Positions 25,877 through 38,400 of a stretch of DNA of 64,000 nucleotides are shown here, piece after piece (the first letter of the stretch is position 1; the number at the start of each line of letters is the position of its first letter). The DNA comes from Lytechinus pictus (Eukaryota), in assembly GCF_037042905.1 (NCBI RefSeq), contig NC_087250.1, positions 15,006,001-15,070,000 on the forward strand. Reading direction: 5' to 3'. Under the pieces are notes generated by a model. The model was not told where the DNA came from. It did not search any database and was given only the letters and a program-made list of their open reading frames with translations. Both the position numbers and the translations under genes were made by a program.

Positions 25877-28464
25877 ACTCTGTGATCAAAGAATAGATTT
25901 CAAGCGTTATGGTTTAAAGGTTAAGTTCACCCTGAAAAAATACATTTAAAAAATAGCAGAAAAAAAAACACTGGTGAAGATTTGAGGAAATTCATCAAAG
26001 ATTGAAAGTTAATAGATTTTTTTTGTTTTGTAAATCAATGAAATATCATTTCTTAGAAAAATGAGAGTGGGTTTTACTGCATGTATACCATCAGTATATC
26101 AAAAGACAAATTATTTCACAAATGCTTCTGAAAGAAAAAAGTTTCTAGTCATCATGAACCATTAAAATTTTTTGAAATTTATGCATTTTATATTACACAA
26201 CAAATGGAACGGCTGCTCGTATGACGACACAAAAAACTAATAAAATTCAAATAATTTTTCTCAAACTTTCACCAAAATTTTTTTCATTAATTTTTCTTTT
26301 TTTTCTCGTCATGATGTTTGTGAGAGAAGATTATTCAAATCAAACCACCGTTGGTCACTCACTTTTTCTGGTACAATTTAGTTCCCATTGTTATTCTGAT
26401 TCCAGTCTAACTTTTCAAATTAGACAGTTCAGCACTTGTCATTTCATATTTCATTTTTAAAAGAAAGCATATCATAAAGATGAAATATTTATGGCTTAAG
26501 GAAATATAATGAAATCAACAACTGAAAATAGCATCACATACAACGTCACACTGCATGCAGGTATACTCCATTTGTAATGCTTTTTTGGCGGCTAAGTACT
26601 GGGTATCGTTTCTTCCTTGATATAATCGACTAAAATTTTAAAGTTAATTCTATCTGTGTTTAATGGATGTGAACAAACGGTATTTTAAGATTAATATAAT
26701 TTCTCCTCTCGAGGTGGGGGCGAAACCCGGGGCCCCTTCGATACGCCATCACATGATGTATTTATCTCGATGGCTCCCGTTGCATAAAAGTTACTATTAC
26801 GGTAACTTTGCCGTCCATTTGTAACTCCCCAAAATACTTGATTCTGATTGGCTGACTGGCAGTGTTACCATGGTAGTTACCTGGCAACGGGCCACAGGAG
26901 TCTCAGAGTAAACCAATTAAGCAACGTTCTTGTACAGCAAGTAGCCGGTGCTCTAGCAACTGCCCTTGATGTTGATTGATTTTGATTGGCTGAGAAGCAG
27001 GTTCTATTATTGTCGGATAGGAAAAATCCATGTTTCGAATATGGGGATGAAACATTTATGTATTCCTTTGCATTAATATACCGTTTTCTTGCTTTATACA
27101 ATATGATATATACATGAATGTATTTAAAGAAAAAACATCGATAGTGTTCTTAATACAAAAAAATATTCAGACTACACAATATTATAAAACGTTAAACATG
27201 GGGGAAATCCTTTCTCCCGGTCATTTCTGAGACCTTTTGGATATGTACTAACACCAATTCGTGATACCTGAAAAGCTATAGCTATAGGCCATCCCACTTT
27301 TTAACACACACGCGCATACACACATCTGAGACACGCGCACTACATTCATCTGAGACTCACGCACACACACTCTTCTGATACACAATCATGTAACCACACT
27401 CATATACACTCATGTAATCACCCATACATGATCACACACTCGGGAGACAAGGTAAACCATGACAGTCACACCAACGAAACCGACTCCAGACCGATAAAAG
27501 CTAATCCGTCTATTCGAACGACATATTTTTGGTCGGTTGGAGGGCTATTTGGTTTATGTGACTGAGGCTGAATTACTATTTCGCCAATATCATTTTATTC
27601 CTGCACTCACTCTCACGTAATTTCCTCTTTTGTGTTATGTATATTGTCCCCATTTCGGTCGGGAAGTTTGGAACGATTGAGGTATCTATTGCTTGAATGA
27701 ATCATAACAAAAAACAGGGGAGGGGGGCGGCTTTCAATAGGCAGATCTGTGCACATTTATAGTACACCACTATTGAACTGTGCACAGTAATAAACCTTGC
27801 AAATATTGACGATGTTATCAGCTGCTGTAGCAAGTATAGGGCAATGTTTATATGTACAAACAACGAACATGTACACAGATACAACATCCATTTATACGTT
27901 TACAAAAATTAAAAAAAACTCAAGGCGCACGAGTTTCAAGGTAACTATAATATTGCTGCAAACACCAGTGTTGAAACATATGTAGCTATCATAACTTTAA
28001 AGGAACCATCATTAATTAAAACATATTATCGGAACGCTCTCGCCGGAAGAAGAAAGTTTGATGAACCATGATGCAAGCTAGCATAACACAAGTTTATCAA
28101 AACAAGGGAAAAGTTCACAGTGTCAACTGAATTGCAACTGAGATTATGATTACTTTTCCCAATTATGTATACAAATATGAACATATTGGCTATACATTAT
28201 GTTTATACCTGAAGAAGAAGAAAAAAGTAAATATTTCAAACGTACAGCAGGACATCGCAGACAGGGTAAAGACAAAAATCGGCATTTTTCAACTTTGCCA
28301 TATTCCCATGCACTTTGATTGTGGGGCATCAACGGAAAGACAAGACAAGAAAAGAAAATAATAAAAGTGTTTCGTCTGGTACATCGATCCCCATACGAAC
28401 AGTACATCGATCCTATAGGCATATTGATATCATGCGCATATTGATAACTCCATTTACATGCATA

Positions 28465-28596
28465 TATTATATATGTATATATATATATATATATAGTGTG
28501 ATGATAAGTTTACTTCTACATATATATACATGTAGTATATATAGATATATATACTACATATATATATGTAGTATATATATATATACTGTATATACA

Positions 28597-28648
<52 letters not shown>
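28465..28648. repeat. (TA)n microsatellite; others at about 28903-29040, 33800-33917, 48509-48605 and 49056-49107
   Basis: Direct reading of the sequence. Confidence 0.9.
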
Positions 28649-28652
<4 letters not shown>

Positions 28653-28902
28653 GTTCTGACTCTCCCCTTTGAAACAGAGGGTCGTGTGTTCGAATCGTAG
28701 CCATGGCGTATTTTCCTTCAGCAAGAAATTTATCCACACTGTGCTGCACTCGACCCAGGTGAGGTGAATGGGTACCCGGCAGGAGTAATTCCTTGCATGC
28801 ACTGAGCGCCGGTGATGGTAGCTCGAGCTAAAGCCGGGGTAATAATAGCAGCGCTTTGTATCCTCTGGCAAAAAGCGCTCTATAAATCCAACTATTATTA
28901 TT
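28648..28902 (+). mobile_element. tRNA-derived SINE embedded in (TA)n; same family at 43912-44213 (+), about 38905-39145 (-), and fragments at 1-56 and about 17045-17075
   Basis: B-box GTTCGAATC, conserved body GCAAGAAATTTATCCACACTGTGCTGCACTCGACCCAGGTGAGGTGAATGGGTAC and an (ATT)n tail. Confidence 0.75.
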
Positions 28903-31689
28903 ATATATATATATATGTAGTATAAATATATATATATGTAGTATAAATATATATATATATATGTATATATATGTAGTATATATATAGATATATATATACA
29001 TATTTACATGTAAATATTTATATATATTAATATATATATCATTTGAATTCGGCAGTTCACATGTTGAATCAATATCGATCAAACCAAGGTAGAAACTTTC
29101 ATGCATATTCCAACATACTTTATACACACAAACACACATAAATATTTTATGCACATTCAACTTTTTAGAGGGTTTTTATACCGCTTAATCAATGATTACA
29201 TACGAGTTAAACATTGCAATTACATGCCCGCACAAAAAAATACCTCGATAAGCACACACACTAATAAACATCAATACAGCTTACATTCACGTTCATAGAG
29301 ATGGTTGATAAACGATTATTGTACCTACCTTATCTACTGGTAAGTCAAGTGTCGTCCCCTTCTCAACGGTCAATGCCAATTATATTGTTGTTGGTACCTA
29401 TTCAGAGAGTCACATTGCAGACGACCGGTTTTTGGTGAGGTCAACTCTTCAGTGCATTGAGGGTACGTATATATTGACAAAATGAGTAAAATTCAGGTGC
29501 TGGATAAGTAGTCTTCCGTAACAGACCCAGTCGTTTCAATAATAAGGAAAAATATTCAGGTCAACCTTTCGATGTTCATGGCTCTTTAAGATATTCGTAA
29601 ATAAGTAGAAGTGCTTAAAATATGAACTTAAAAAGAAACGGGTGTGAATAATAAAGTTAAGTAATTAAGACCGATAATGAATTTGGTTCATAGAACTCAT
29701 GCGGGAACAGACTTTCAAAACTTTAAACAATTGAAAGTAGGCAAAGCTGAGGATTTGATTTTACAATAAAAATGATAAAGAAATGATAAATACGATATTA
29801 GCAACAACCCTAAAGCTGGTTTAGTTTCCACTAAAGAAAGACAGTTCTTTAGTAAATAAAATGATGAATAAAATGAAAATACGATATTGAGAAGAAACAT
29901 ATGGAATTCGTTTGTTTAGCAAAAAAGACAGTATTTTAATAAACAAAATAATACAGATATTGGAAATACGGTATTGAGAAGATCCCTAAAATGGCTTAGG
30001 CCTAGTTACCACAAAACAAATGCAAAATCCTATTGTTTAAAAAAAATGTTAAATAAATTTAAAATACGATATTAGCAAGAACCCTAAATTTTGCTTAGTT
30101 ACCATAAACATAGCCAGCATTTTATGAAATAAAATAAAGAAATCGAAAGATACGATATTGAGAAAAACCCTAAAGTTCGTTTAGTTATCACAAAGCAAAG
30201 ATATAGTATTTCATTAAATAAATACATGTTTATTGCAGTCAATAAACATATTTCGAACTAGTGTTACCTTGGTTGGTTAATATGCATGGGCCCAATCGCA
30301 AAAGTAGTTGCAATCAAACGCATCTCTTTAAATCATTCGCATCTTGATTTTTAACCAATCAGATGCGAGTATCTGGACTTGTGCATGATTCTTTTAATTG
30401 CAATTAAACGCAACTCCTTCTGCAACGGGACCCTGGTGCATGGGTATGATGAATTAACATTTAAAAAGCTTTATCAATGGAAATGAGGTAAGAAAAACAC
30501 ATCAACCACCTTCCTGTTTCCGGTGCATGACGAGAAATCACGTGACCGTATACCTCGAGGTCAAAATACATTGATTACCACCATCCATTCTAAAACACGC
30601 CAGGTCAGGGCGCGTTTCATAAAACTTGTTATTATAACAAAGTTTCAATAACAGTTAAAAGCTACCGAAATATCTCCCTTTGATTGGCTGACAGTAAACT
30701 TGTTATAGAAATCGTGCATTTGTTATCTTTGTTTAACGGACACAAGATACTTTCTAATCTCTTGGCTATTTACGTGCCATTCTAGTACAAGTATGATACT
30801 GAGGAATCTGTACTCTAAAACAATATATTTAAATTTGAATAGATATCTTTATAAGAAGGTCACATTATTGAATTTCTTTATATTTCTATTTGAAGATGAA
30901 TAGATCATATTCGTTCAAATGTTGCTGCCTTTCTCCCCCAAAACCCTTTTATTTTATAAAAGAAATTCTATTCAAGCTTTGGCCACCTACCAAAGTTCCA
31001 CAACCAAGGAAAATTCGAAAAAAAGGGGAAAAACGAAATAGAAAAAAAGTGAAATATGATATTAATTGTGGAATATTACGTCAATATCTATCACAAAATT
31101 ACATTTTCATTTTGAAAGTAAAACGACATTGTCGCTCGCTTGCTTCGCTTGTGGCGTTTTCGAAGTCTACCCACATGCACCATGATGTGTACCCTTACAT
31201 CAATGCGCCCCCGAATATTATAGTGTACATATCAGTGCCCCTCCCTCCGATGAGGTATGTATTTTTAATTTGAAAAGATGGTTTGAGAGTGCATGATATT
31301 GACCTGTTTTTATCTAACAATAGATACAGCTGTAATCAGAGTCGACGAAATAGACCTTATTTACATCGAGGGTATTTGAAGATAGATGTTCACTTATATA
31401 TCCATTTCAAGGAGCTAGCTGATACACTTCGGCGGTTACAACGGTTACATAAAATGAACAAAAAGGAAATTAATTACAGCAAATGTTATTTTTTTCTTCT
31501 CATTTAGTGACGATATTTCACTATGAATGTTAATGTTGGGGCTGATGAGAACTCTTTATCGAACATTTTTTTGGAAAAAACACATTTTTGGAGTAATGAT
31601 TTGTTAGGTTAACATTTATTATATAATAAGTATGAACGCATAATACATGTACATGTATAAGGGTAATACGACCATATACAATGAATTAT

Positions 31690-32920
31690 CAATGTAGAGG
31701 TGGCAGTACGTCACACTGTCAACATGGTCAATGCTGAAGATAACTCACAGTTCCCCACACTGTTTCCAAAAGGGTTATCTGACAGTGTGGAACATGGCGT
31801 GAAAGTGTGAAGGCATTTCCACATTCACTGATATTATGAGATTTGAGTGTTACAACAGTCAGTGGGAATCGCATTTTTTGTAGGCCCGTACTCTGATCTC
31901 ATGTTTAATTCATACCCTAGTCTAAACTTGTGGTTTAACTATGGAAAGCCAATCGTGACAGAAATCGCTAACAGTACACGTTTAATAGTCAGCTCATTTG
32001 AAACATAAATCATTCACAATCGACTGGGAATAATTACTGACACTACTCTCTCCGTCATTAAAACACAAGGAAAAAGCCAAGTAAAGATAGGCAACCAATT
32101 ATAGTGTAAATGCAATTTTTAAATTTTTGGCTTCCCATAATTTTAACACATAACTTATAGACCATGGTCTAGGTTAAACTAGATTTCAGAATACGGGTCA
32201 AAGAGTCCACTTGCGAATAAACTGTGAACATGCACACTATAGAGGTGTCCACACTGTAGCATTATCTCCACATTGCCAAATTTGAGCATTACAACAGTGT
32301 GGAATCACATTTTCACAAAGTGCACTATGTGAACACGCTGTGAACGCCCACATTAAATTTTCGACAGTCTGAAATCATCTTCATTTTTTTTAAGTTGAGT
32401 ATCTTAACAGAGTGAAATCGCATTTTCACACCTTTTATCACATAGTGTGTGAAAAGTGTAGACACCGTTGAACACGCATAATACAAAGGTGTCCACAGAG
32501 TAACATCATTTCCACAATGTAAAATTTGAGCATGTCAATACTGTGAACTATATCTTCTCATAGTCCGCTATTTGAAAACACTGTTAAAGCCCATACTGAG
32601 GTGTCGACAGTGTGAATTTATTTTCATTCATTCTAATTTGAGCATTTCAACAGTGTGGAATCGCATTTTCAGATTGTCCACTATGTGTATATTCTGTGAA
32701 CACGCACAATGTTAAGGTCTCCACAGTGTGAATATCTCACTGTTAGGCTTCGTATTTTAGCAATGTGAATCACATCTTTACGTAGTCCGCTATGTGGACA
32801 CATTGAATACACAGTGTGGTAAATCTTTACACTATTCTTTTGATCATTTGAAGTGTGTAATCACATGTTTACATAGTCTGTTATGTGAACACACTGTGTG
32901 ATATTGTGTTCTTACCAGGG
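31690..32920. repeat. Degenerate tandem repeat (about 100-bp unit), interrupted by a MITE at about 31882-32140
   Basis: Recurrent ACAGTGTGGAATCGCATTTT...ACTATGTGAACAC units. Related fragments lie at about 37580-37650 and 43020-43110. Confidence 0.65.
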
Positions 32921-32949
32921 ATTCGATATCATATATACTTAAAAAAACA

Positions 32950-33228
32950 TCTGGGCTCCGTCTTACAAAGAGTTATGATTGATCCAATCAATCTCAACTA
33001 TACGGAAAATCCATCCATACCATATTTTCTTTCTACAGAAAATTTGCATAATCCGTTTAGTAAAGAAAAAGAATCGCACTGAATCTTCAAGAGAACGACG
33101 AATGTATGAATACACATCATATCTAGAAAATAGTTTGAACAAATTTGTATTTTAGATGATGACGTTGCTGGCCATCCATAGTTGTGGTTGATCGGATCAA
33201 TTGCAACTCTTTGTAAGACGGGGCCCAG
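32950..33228. mobile_element. Harbinger-like MITE
   Basis: CTGGGCTCCGTCTTACAAAGAG...CTCTTTGTAAGACGGGGCCCAG. Confidence 0.75.
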
Positions 33229-33837
33229 ATATGAACAGACGCATGTCAATAAGTAAACACGATTAATTAATAATGGTATGATCAAGGGCCGGCAACACGA
33301 AGCTTATATAGCAACAATCGAAATCTTTTTACGATTGATTGCATTGACTACAATGTACAATTATCGTGAATATCAAGTGTACGATTAATCACTAATCTTT
33401 GTGTTACGGGTCTCAGTTCTATCACAGGCAGCAAACATAGATTAATATAAATTTTTGATCAAAAAGAGGAATTTCCACATAAAATCTTATCAAATTGATT
33501 ATTGCACCAGATTTAACATCACAAAAGATTATAAAATTCGAAGATTGCACTAATGGTAAAATATGAATGATGAGTTATCTCAGATAAAATATATATTCTG
33601 ATAATATAAAAACATATATATACATATGTGTGTGTGTGTGTACATACATGGTCTTATTTCAGTTGTAATCATGAAAATAATAATAAGCATAATGGTGTAA
33701 TAATGGTGAAAATTTATGACAAAATCACACCACAGCTATATAATATAGTTGAAAGTAGAAACCATGATATTAACTTTCCAGCAGACAGACAATTAAACCT
33801 ATATATATTAAACCTATACATATTACATATATATAGC

Positions 33838-33906
<69 letters not shown>

Positions 33907-35432
33907 TATATATATACACCCTTCCAAAGATTTTATTTACTGATTATCGTCAAAATTATGTATTTTCTCGCACAATATACATGTACATGCATAATTGAAT
34001 GACATATTTTTTTCCCACCATTGATTGATTGATCATGTAATTGAATTCGACAAACTAACTGATCTATTTATTTCAGTGCACATATAATCAACAGCAACAT
34101 ATCAAAATCATAGCACCAAAGTCTCATTAACAACGTGGTATTTAAAAAAAAAGATTGAGCTCATTGCGCAATAACAAATTTTCTTTTAAGTAGTTATTTC
34201 ATATCAGGTAAGTCGTCATCACACAGGGAGCAGCTATAAGAAGATACAATGACATATATAACTGAACAAAGATCTTTGATGTAGGAATTTTCGCTTCACG
34301 ACGTACGAATGTTTCAAGAATATAGTAAATATATTGGAAATGCCCGTCAAAATGACAAAAAACAGCTTGGAGGTCTTTATCGAAAATTGGTGCGAACAGG
34401 AACAGGAGCATCATCCTTAGTATTATACGTTGAAGAAAAATTGTAAAAATGTCGTTTGTCCAGACTCATTGACTAAACTGCTGTTTTGATTCATCAATTA
34501 TCGACGAAGATTATTGGCTGTTCTTTGTCATAACAATACATTTTCTATGTTCTTGAATCCTCCGTAGGTCGCTGTGCAAAGACTCTCTACTGCTCTAACT
34601 TACACTCTAAAAAAGTGAGTAAAAATTTACCCAATATTTGGTAGACAGGGAACAAGCATGTCTGTGTATTTTTCCCCATATTGGGCAAAATGCAAGTTTA
34701 AAGGGTAAATTTCAACGCAACATTGCGTAAAATTTACAAAGTATTTGGTATCATTTTACCCAGCAAGCATACATGTTCCCATTTTACCCAATATTTGGTA
34801 AACTGTTTTTAGAGTTGTACACAAATGATATACAGACCTATAAATATATCGTATAAAAATCTGAATAATAGTATTTGCATATATATATCTTTGGTAACAA
34901 GAAGATGAGGAAGATATATCATTTGTTTATTAAAACCTGTTTAAAACGTTGTGTATGTAAACAAATAATAACAATTAAATCTGCTTTGCATATTGGGTGC
35001 ATATATCGGTTGCTCCATGAATAAGAAATCATAAACAATAAGAAAAAATATGAAATCAGCCTTGCGATAGAGCCTAGACATAAAAAGGTCAACATTACAT
35101 TATGCAAATATCAAAATAAAAAAAACGTGTGCGATTTCCGAGGTTAAACATCCCTGGGGAGATACAGTATGTAACATATTTATTTAGTGGAAAAGTGCAC
35201 TTGTGCTTACGAATGCCAAAATATCCATGACGTCAGTACTTTAATATAGTAAGGTGATATTGATAAATGGGAATTGATCTGTAAGTTTCACGTTAGCGGT
35301 AATATCTAAAATGATGATATAAAATGTATGTAAACAAAGTTGAGGTAACAACATGATGGTATCAATATAAAATACCGCTTTAGTACTTAATTCTGGCCAA
35401 AATAAGTAGATTCTCCTTTGTCACATTCTGAT

Positions 35433-38400
35433 TTAGTTTTCCTTTTCATCGCTGTCGTTGACAAGTTGCTTGTAAGAGTTCCTTTGACTCAACTGCAATA
35501 AGCTGTGTGGTTAAGGGGAGACAAAATAAATCACAGGTGAAAAAAATGCTTAACATTGTACAATATATCCGTAGTATTATGCCATATTATTCGTAAAATT
35601 ATTGGCCCGTATTCTGAAGTAAGGTTTAACTTAGACCACGGTCTAACTCTGTGCTAAAATTATGGAGAAGCCAAAAGTTCAATATTGTTCTATATTTCTT
35701 ATGTTGAGTATTTTGTTTCCTTTTACTTTCATAATGAAGGAAAATACTTCAGCTATCATTCCCCGACTTTTATTAACAATTTTGGTGCCATAAGAGTTAA
35801 TAATTTGAATGTGTACTATTAAGGATTTGTGCTCCAATTCGCTCTCCATAGTTAAACCACAACTTTAAACCAGAGTTTAATTTAAACCCGAGTTCAGAAT
35901 ACGGGCCATTGGGTTTACGATTTCAATATAGTCGGACTGGCATTAAACGTTTATTTCATCCCGATGTGTGATTGAATTGGAAGGGTAAACTAATGCCTTT
36001 CACGGAATGATGTCGAACTTGTATTTCATACGGCCGTTATGTCCACTCTGATTTGCATACCACTTTTCCCTATTCTTGATTTCTATTCTTTCGGCATTCA
36101 GTAATAATTGACCATTATTCTTAATTATTTTTTTACTGTTTGATCTTATTTTCTGTAATTAAAAAAATATCCAGTTGTGAAAACTTTCAATCAAGCCATG
36201 GACTAGCATTTTGCGAAACTTTCTCCTCAATTTTAAGTGGACGACTGGTTTTAGATAGGGTCCATGGATAGATCTTTCTTTGTGATTCGGATAGCTCTTG
36301 CATTCAGGCATCTCCTCGTTACTTTCGATTCATATCAAACTTATACTGTATCGAGTGAGTCCAATCATTTGCCAAAGGGGGGTTGGGAGATATTTTGATC
36401 CTCATTTCCCCCCGACTGGAAGCTGTGCAAAAAGCCGAGGTCGGGTGGATGGTCAGTCATAAATATTTAATTACGAGTACATTTTATCTATATTTTTTTT
36501 TTACCGGCAGGATATCATGTAGGGCAAGCGGATTTTCCCTTTTAAATAGAGACACATTTTTGTTTGTGTAATAAAATTCTGCACCCGCCTTCCCTTATTT
36601 AAATAACTTTTCTTCTTCTTTTTGTCATTTTCCTTTTTCTTTTTTTCTCCTCTCTTTTACCTTCACTCTTCTCTTTTTTTCTACCTGTCCCTGCTATCAA
36701 CCTTGTTGGCACCACGAATAGGGTGGATGTGTGTGTGTGTGTGTGTGTGTGGGGGGGGGGGGGGTGGGTGGCTGGATCCGCTCATGCTAACTATCATTTA
36801 GATAATAGAAATACTTGATCTATCCTTTGCACGCTGATGTTGCAATTGAGCACATTCGTACAATTAAATTCAACAATCGTAATAATTAGTTTTCTCCCCT
36901 AACTTCATATTAGAGAAGCTAATAAATGGCAAAAGCTCTCGGACAACATCTATACATGTATAATAATCATCAGTGTCAATCGTTCAAAATGGAAATCTGG
37001 AGTCATAGAAAATAAAATAATTCAGCGGGTAATCAAACTTACCCTGTTACAATGATCGGGATGATGTGCAGACCGCATAGGAAAAAGAAGACGAAGGGCG
37101 GATAGAAGTATAATGTACTGGAGTAGATGGAATTTGAAATAAGAGGTGATAGGAATCCCGCCAATCCATCCATACAGCCAATGAAAGCCAACATTAGTCC
37201 TTCATTTCGAGAAAAAAAATGAATATTAGAGACTTTTCGCAAGTATGCAACGGGGACAGGCTCAAGAACACAGCAAATGCTTCTAAAACACTCTTCAAAT
37301 GACATTAAATAGCTGGGAGGTCTTTGTCGAATATTGGTGAACCAGGGCACCATTTCATAGAGCTGTTTGTAAATTGGGAGCGACTTTAAGAACGACTGGT
37401 GATCCTTTCTTGTGGTAAATGGTATAATAATTTGGCGATGGTTTAGCGCGTAAGAAAGGATCACCAGTCGTTCTTAAAGTCGCTCCTAACTGACGAACAG
37501 CTTTATGAAACGGACCCCCGGAACAGCAATTTCGTCAAAGGTTTCGGAGCTGACGAAAAATGGTCTTTTGCAGTTTAAACAATGTGAATAATATTTCACA
37601 TAGTCCACTACGTGAACACTCTGTGTGACACTGTGTTCGTTCTAGCAGGGATATGTTGCTGTCAATATCTTACATTTTATTTTTCAAGGTCAAACTTAAA
37701 TGATGTCATTGTAAAGTTCCCCTTTAAAGCAAGAGTTACACCAAAACCGAATTCTCCTGAAAAAATTCGGACCGATTCTAGCCGAATTAGGCCTAATTCT
37801 GATGGTTTCGGTGGATTCGAATGTTCCCCAATCCTTCCTGAATTTTCTCGCATTCGCTGAGAACAGAATACTCCTGAAACCAACCGAATGCGTGGATTCG
37901 GAGCTGCTTCGGTTCCGGTGTAACCCGGTCTTAATCATTCAGTCACATCAACCAAGCCAAGTCCCGATCGATTGCAACTTTTTTCTAATGTCATATCACT
38001 AGTCGATCTTCAGTCGGTTTAACTAGCGGACTAGAAATCAAGTGCAAATTTGCCACGACGGTGATTTTTTAACCTGGTTTCTAAGAAAACATGAATGCTT
38101 GTAACAACCAGAGGACCGACGTCTTTAGGTCATCTCCGGACCTGGTAATGAGGATTAATGCCTTACCAAAGGGCACTAGAGCACCAAGTGGGAATTAATT
38201 GCTAAAATTATGACTGACTTTTGTTTAACCCAGACTTGACTTGCAATTGATTGCAAGTTTCTTGTGTACCTTTCTCATGTGCGGCAGACATCTTGGATAG
38301 TTGAGATCGTATCACTGGGAACGAAAGAGCCTTCACAAGACTGAGAGCAGAACCTTCAAATGCATAAAAATAAATATACGATATTAGATGATTATCTGAA

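Noticed and set aside
31533..31567. Possible hammerhead CTGATGA...GAAC
   Set aside because: It has GAAC instead of GAAA, only a 2-bp stem II and no stem III. Probably chance.
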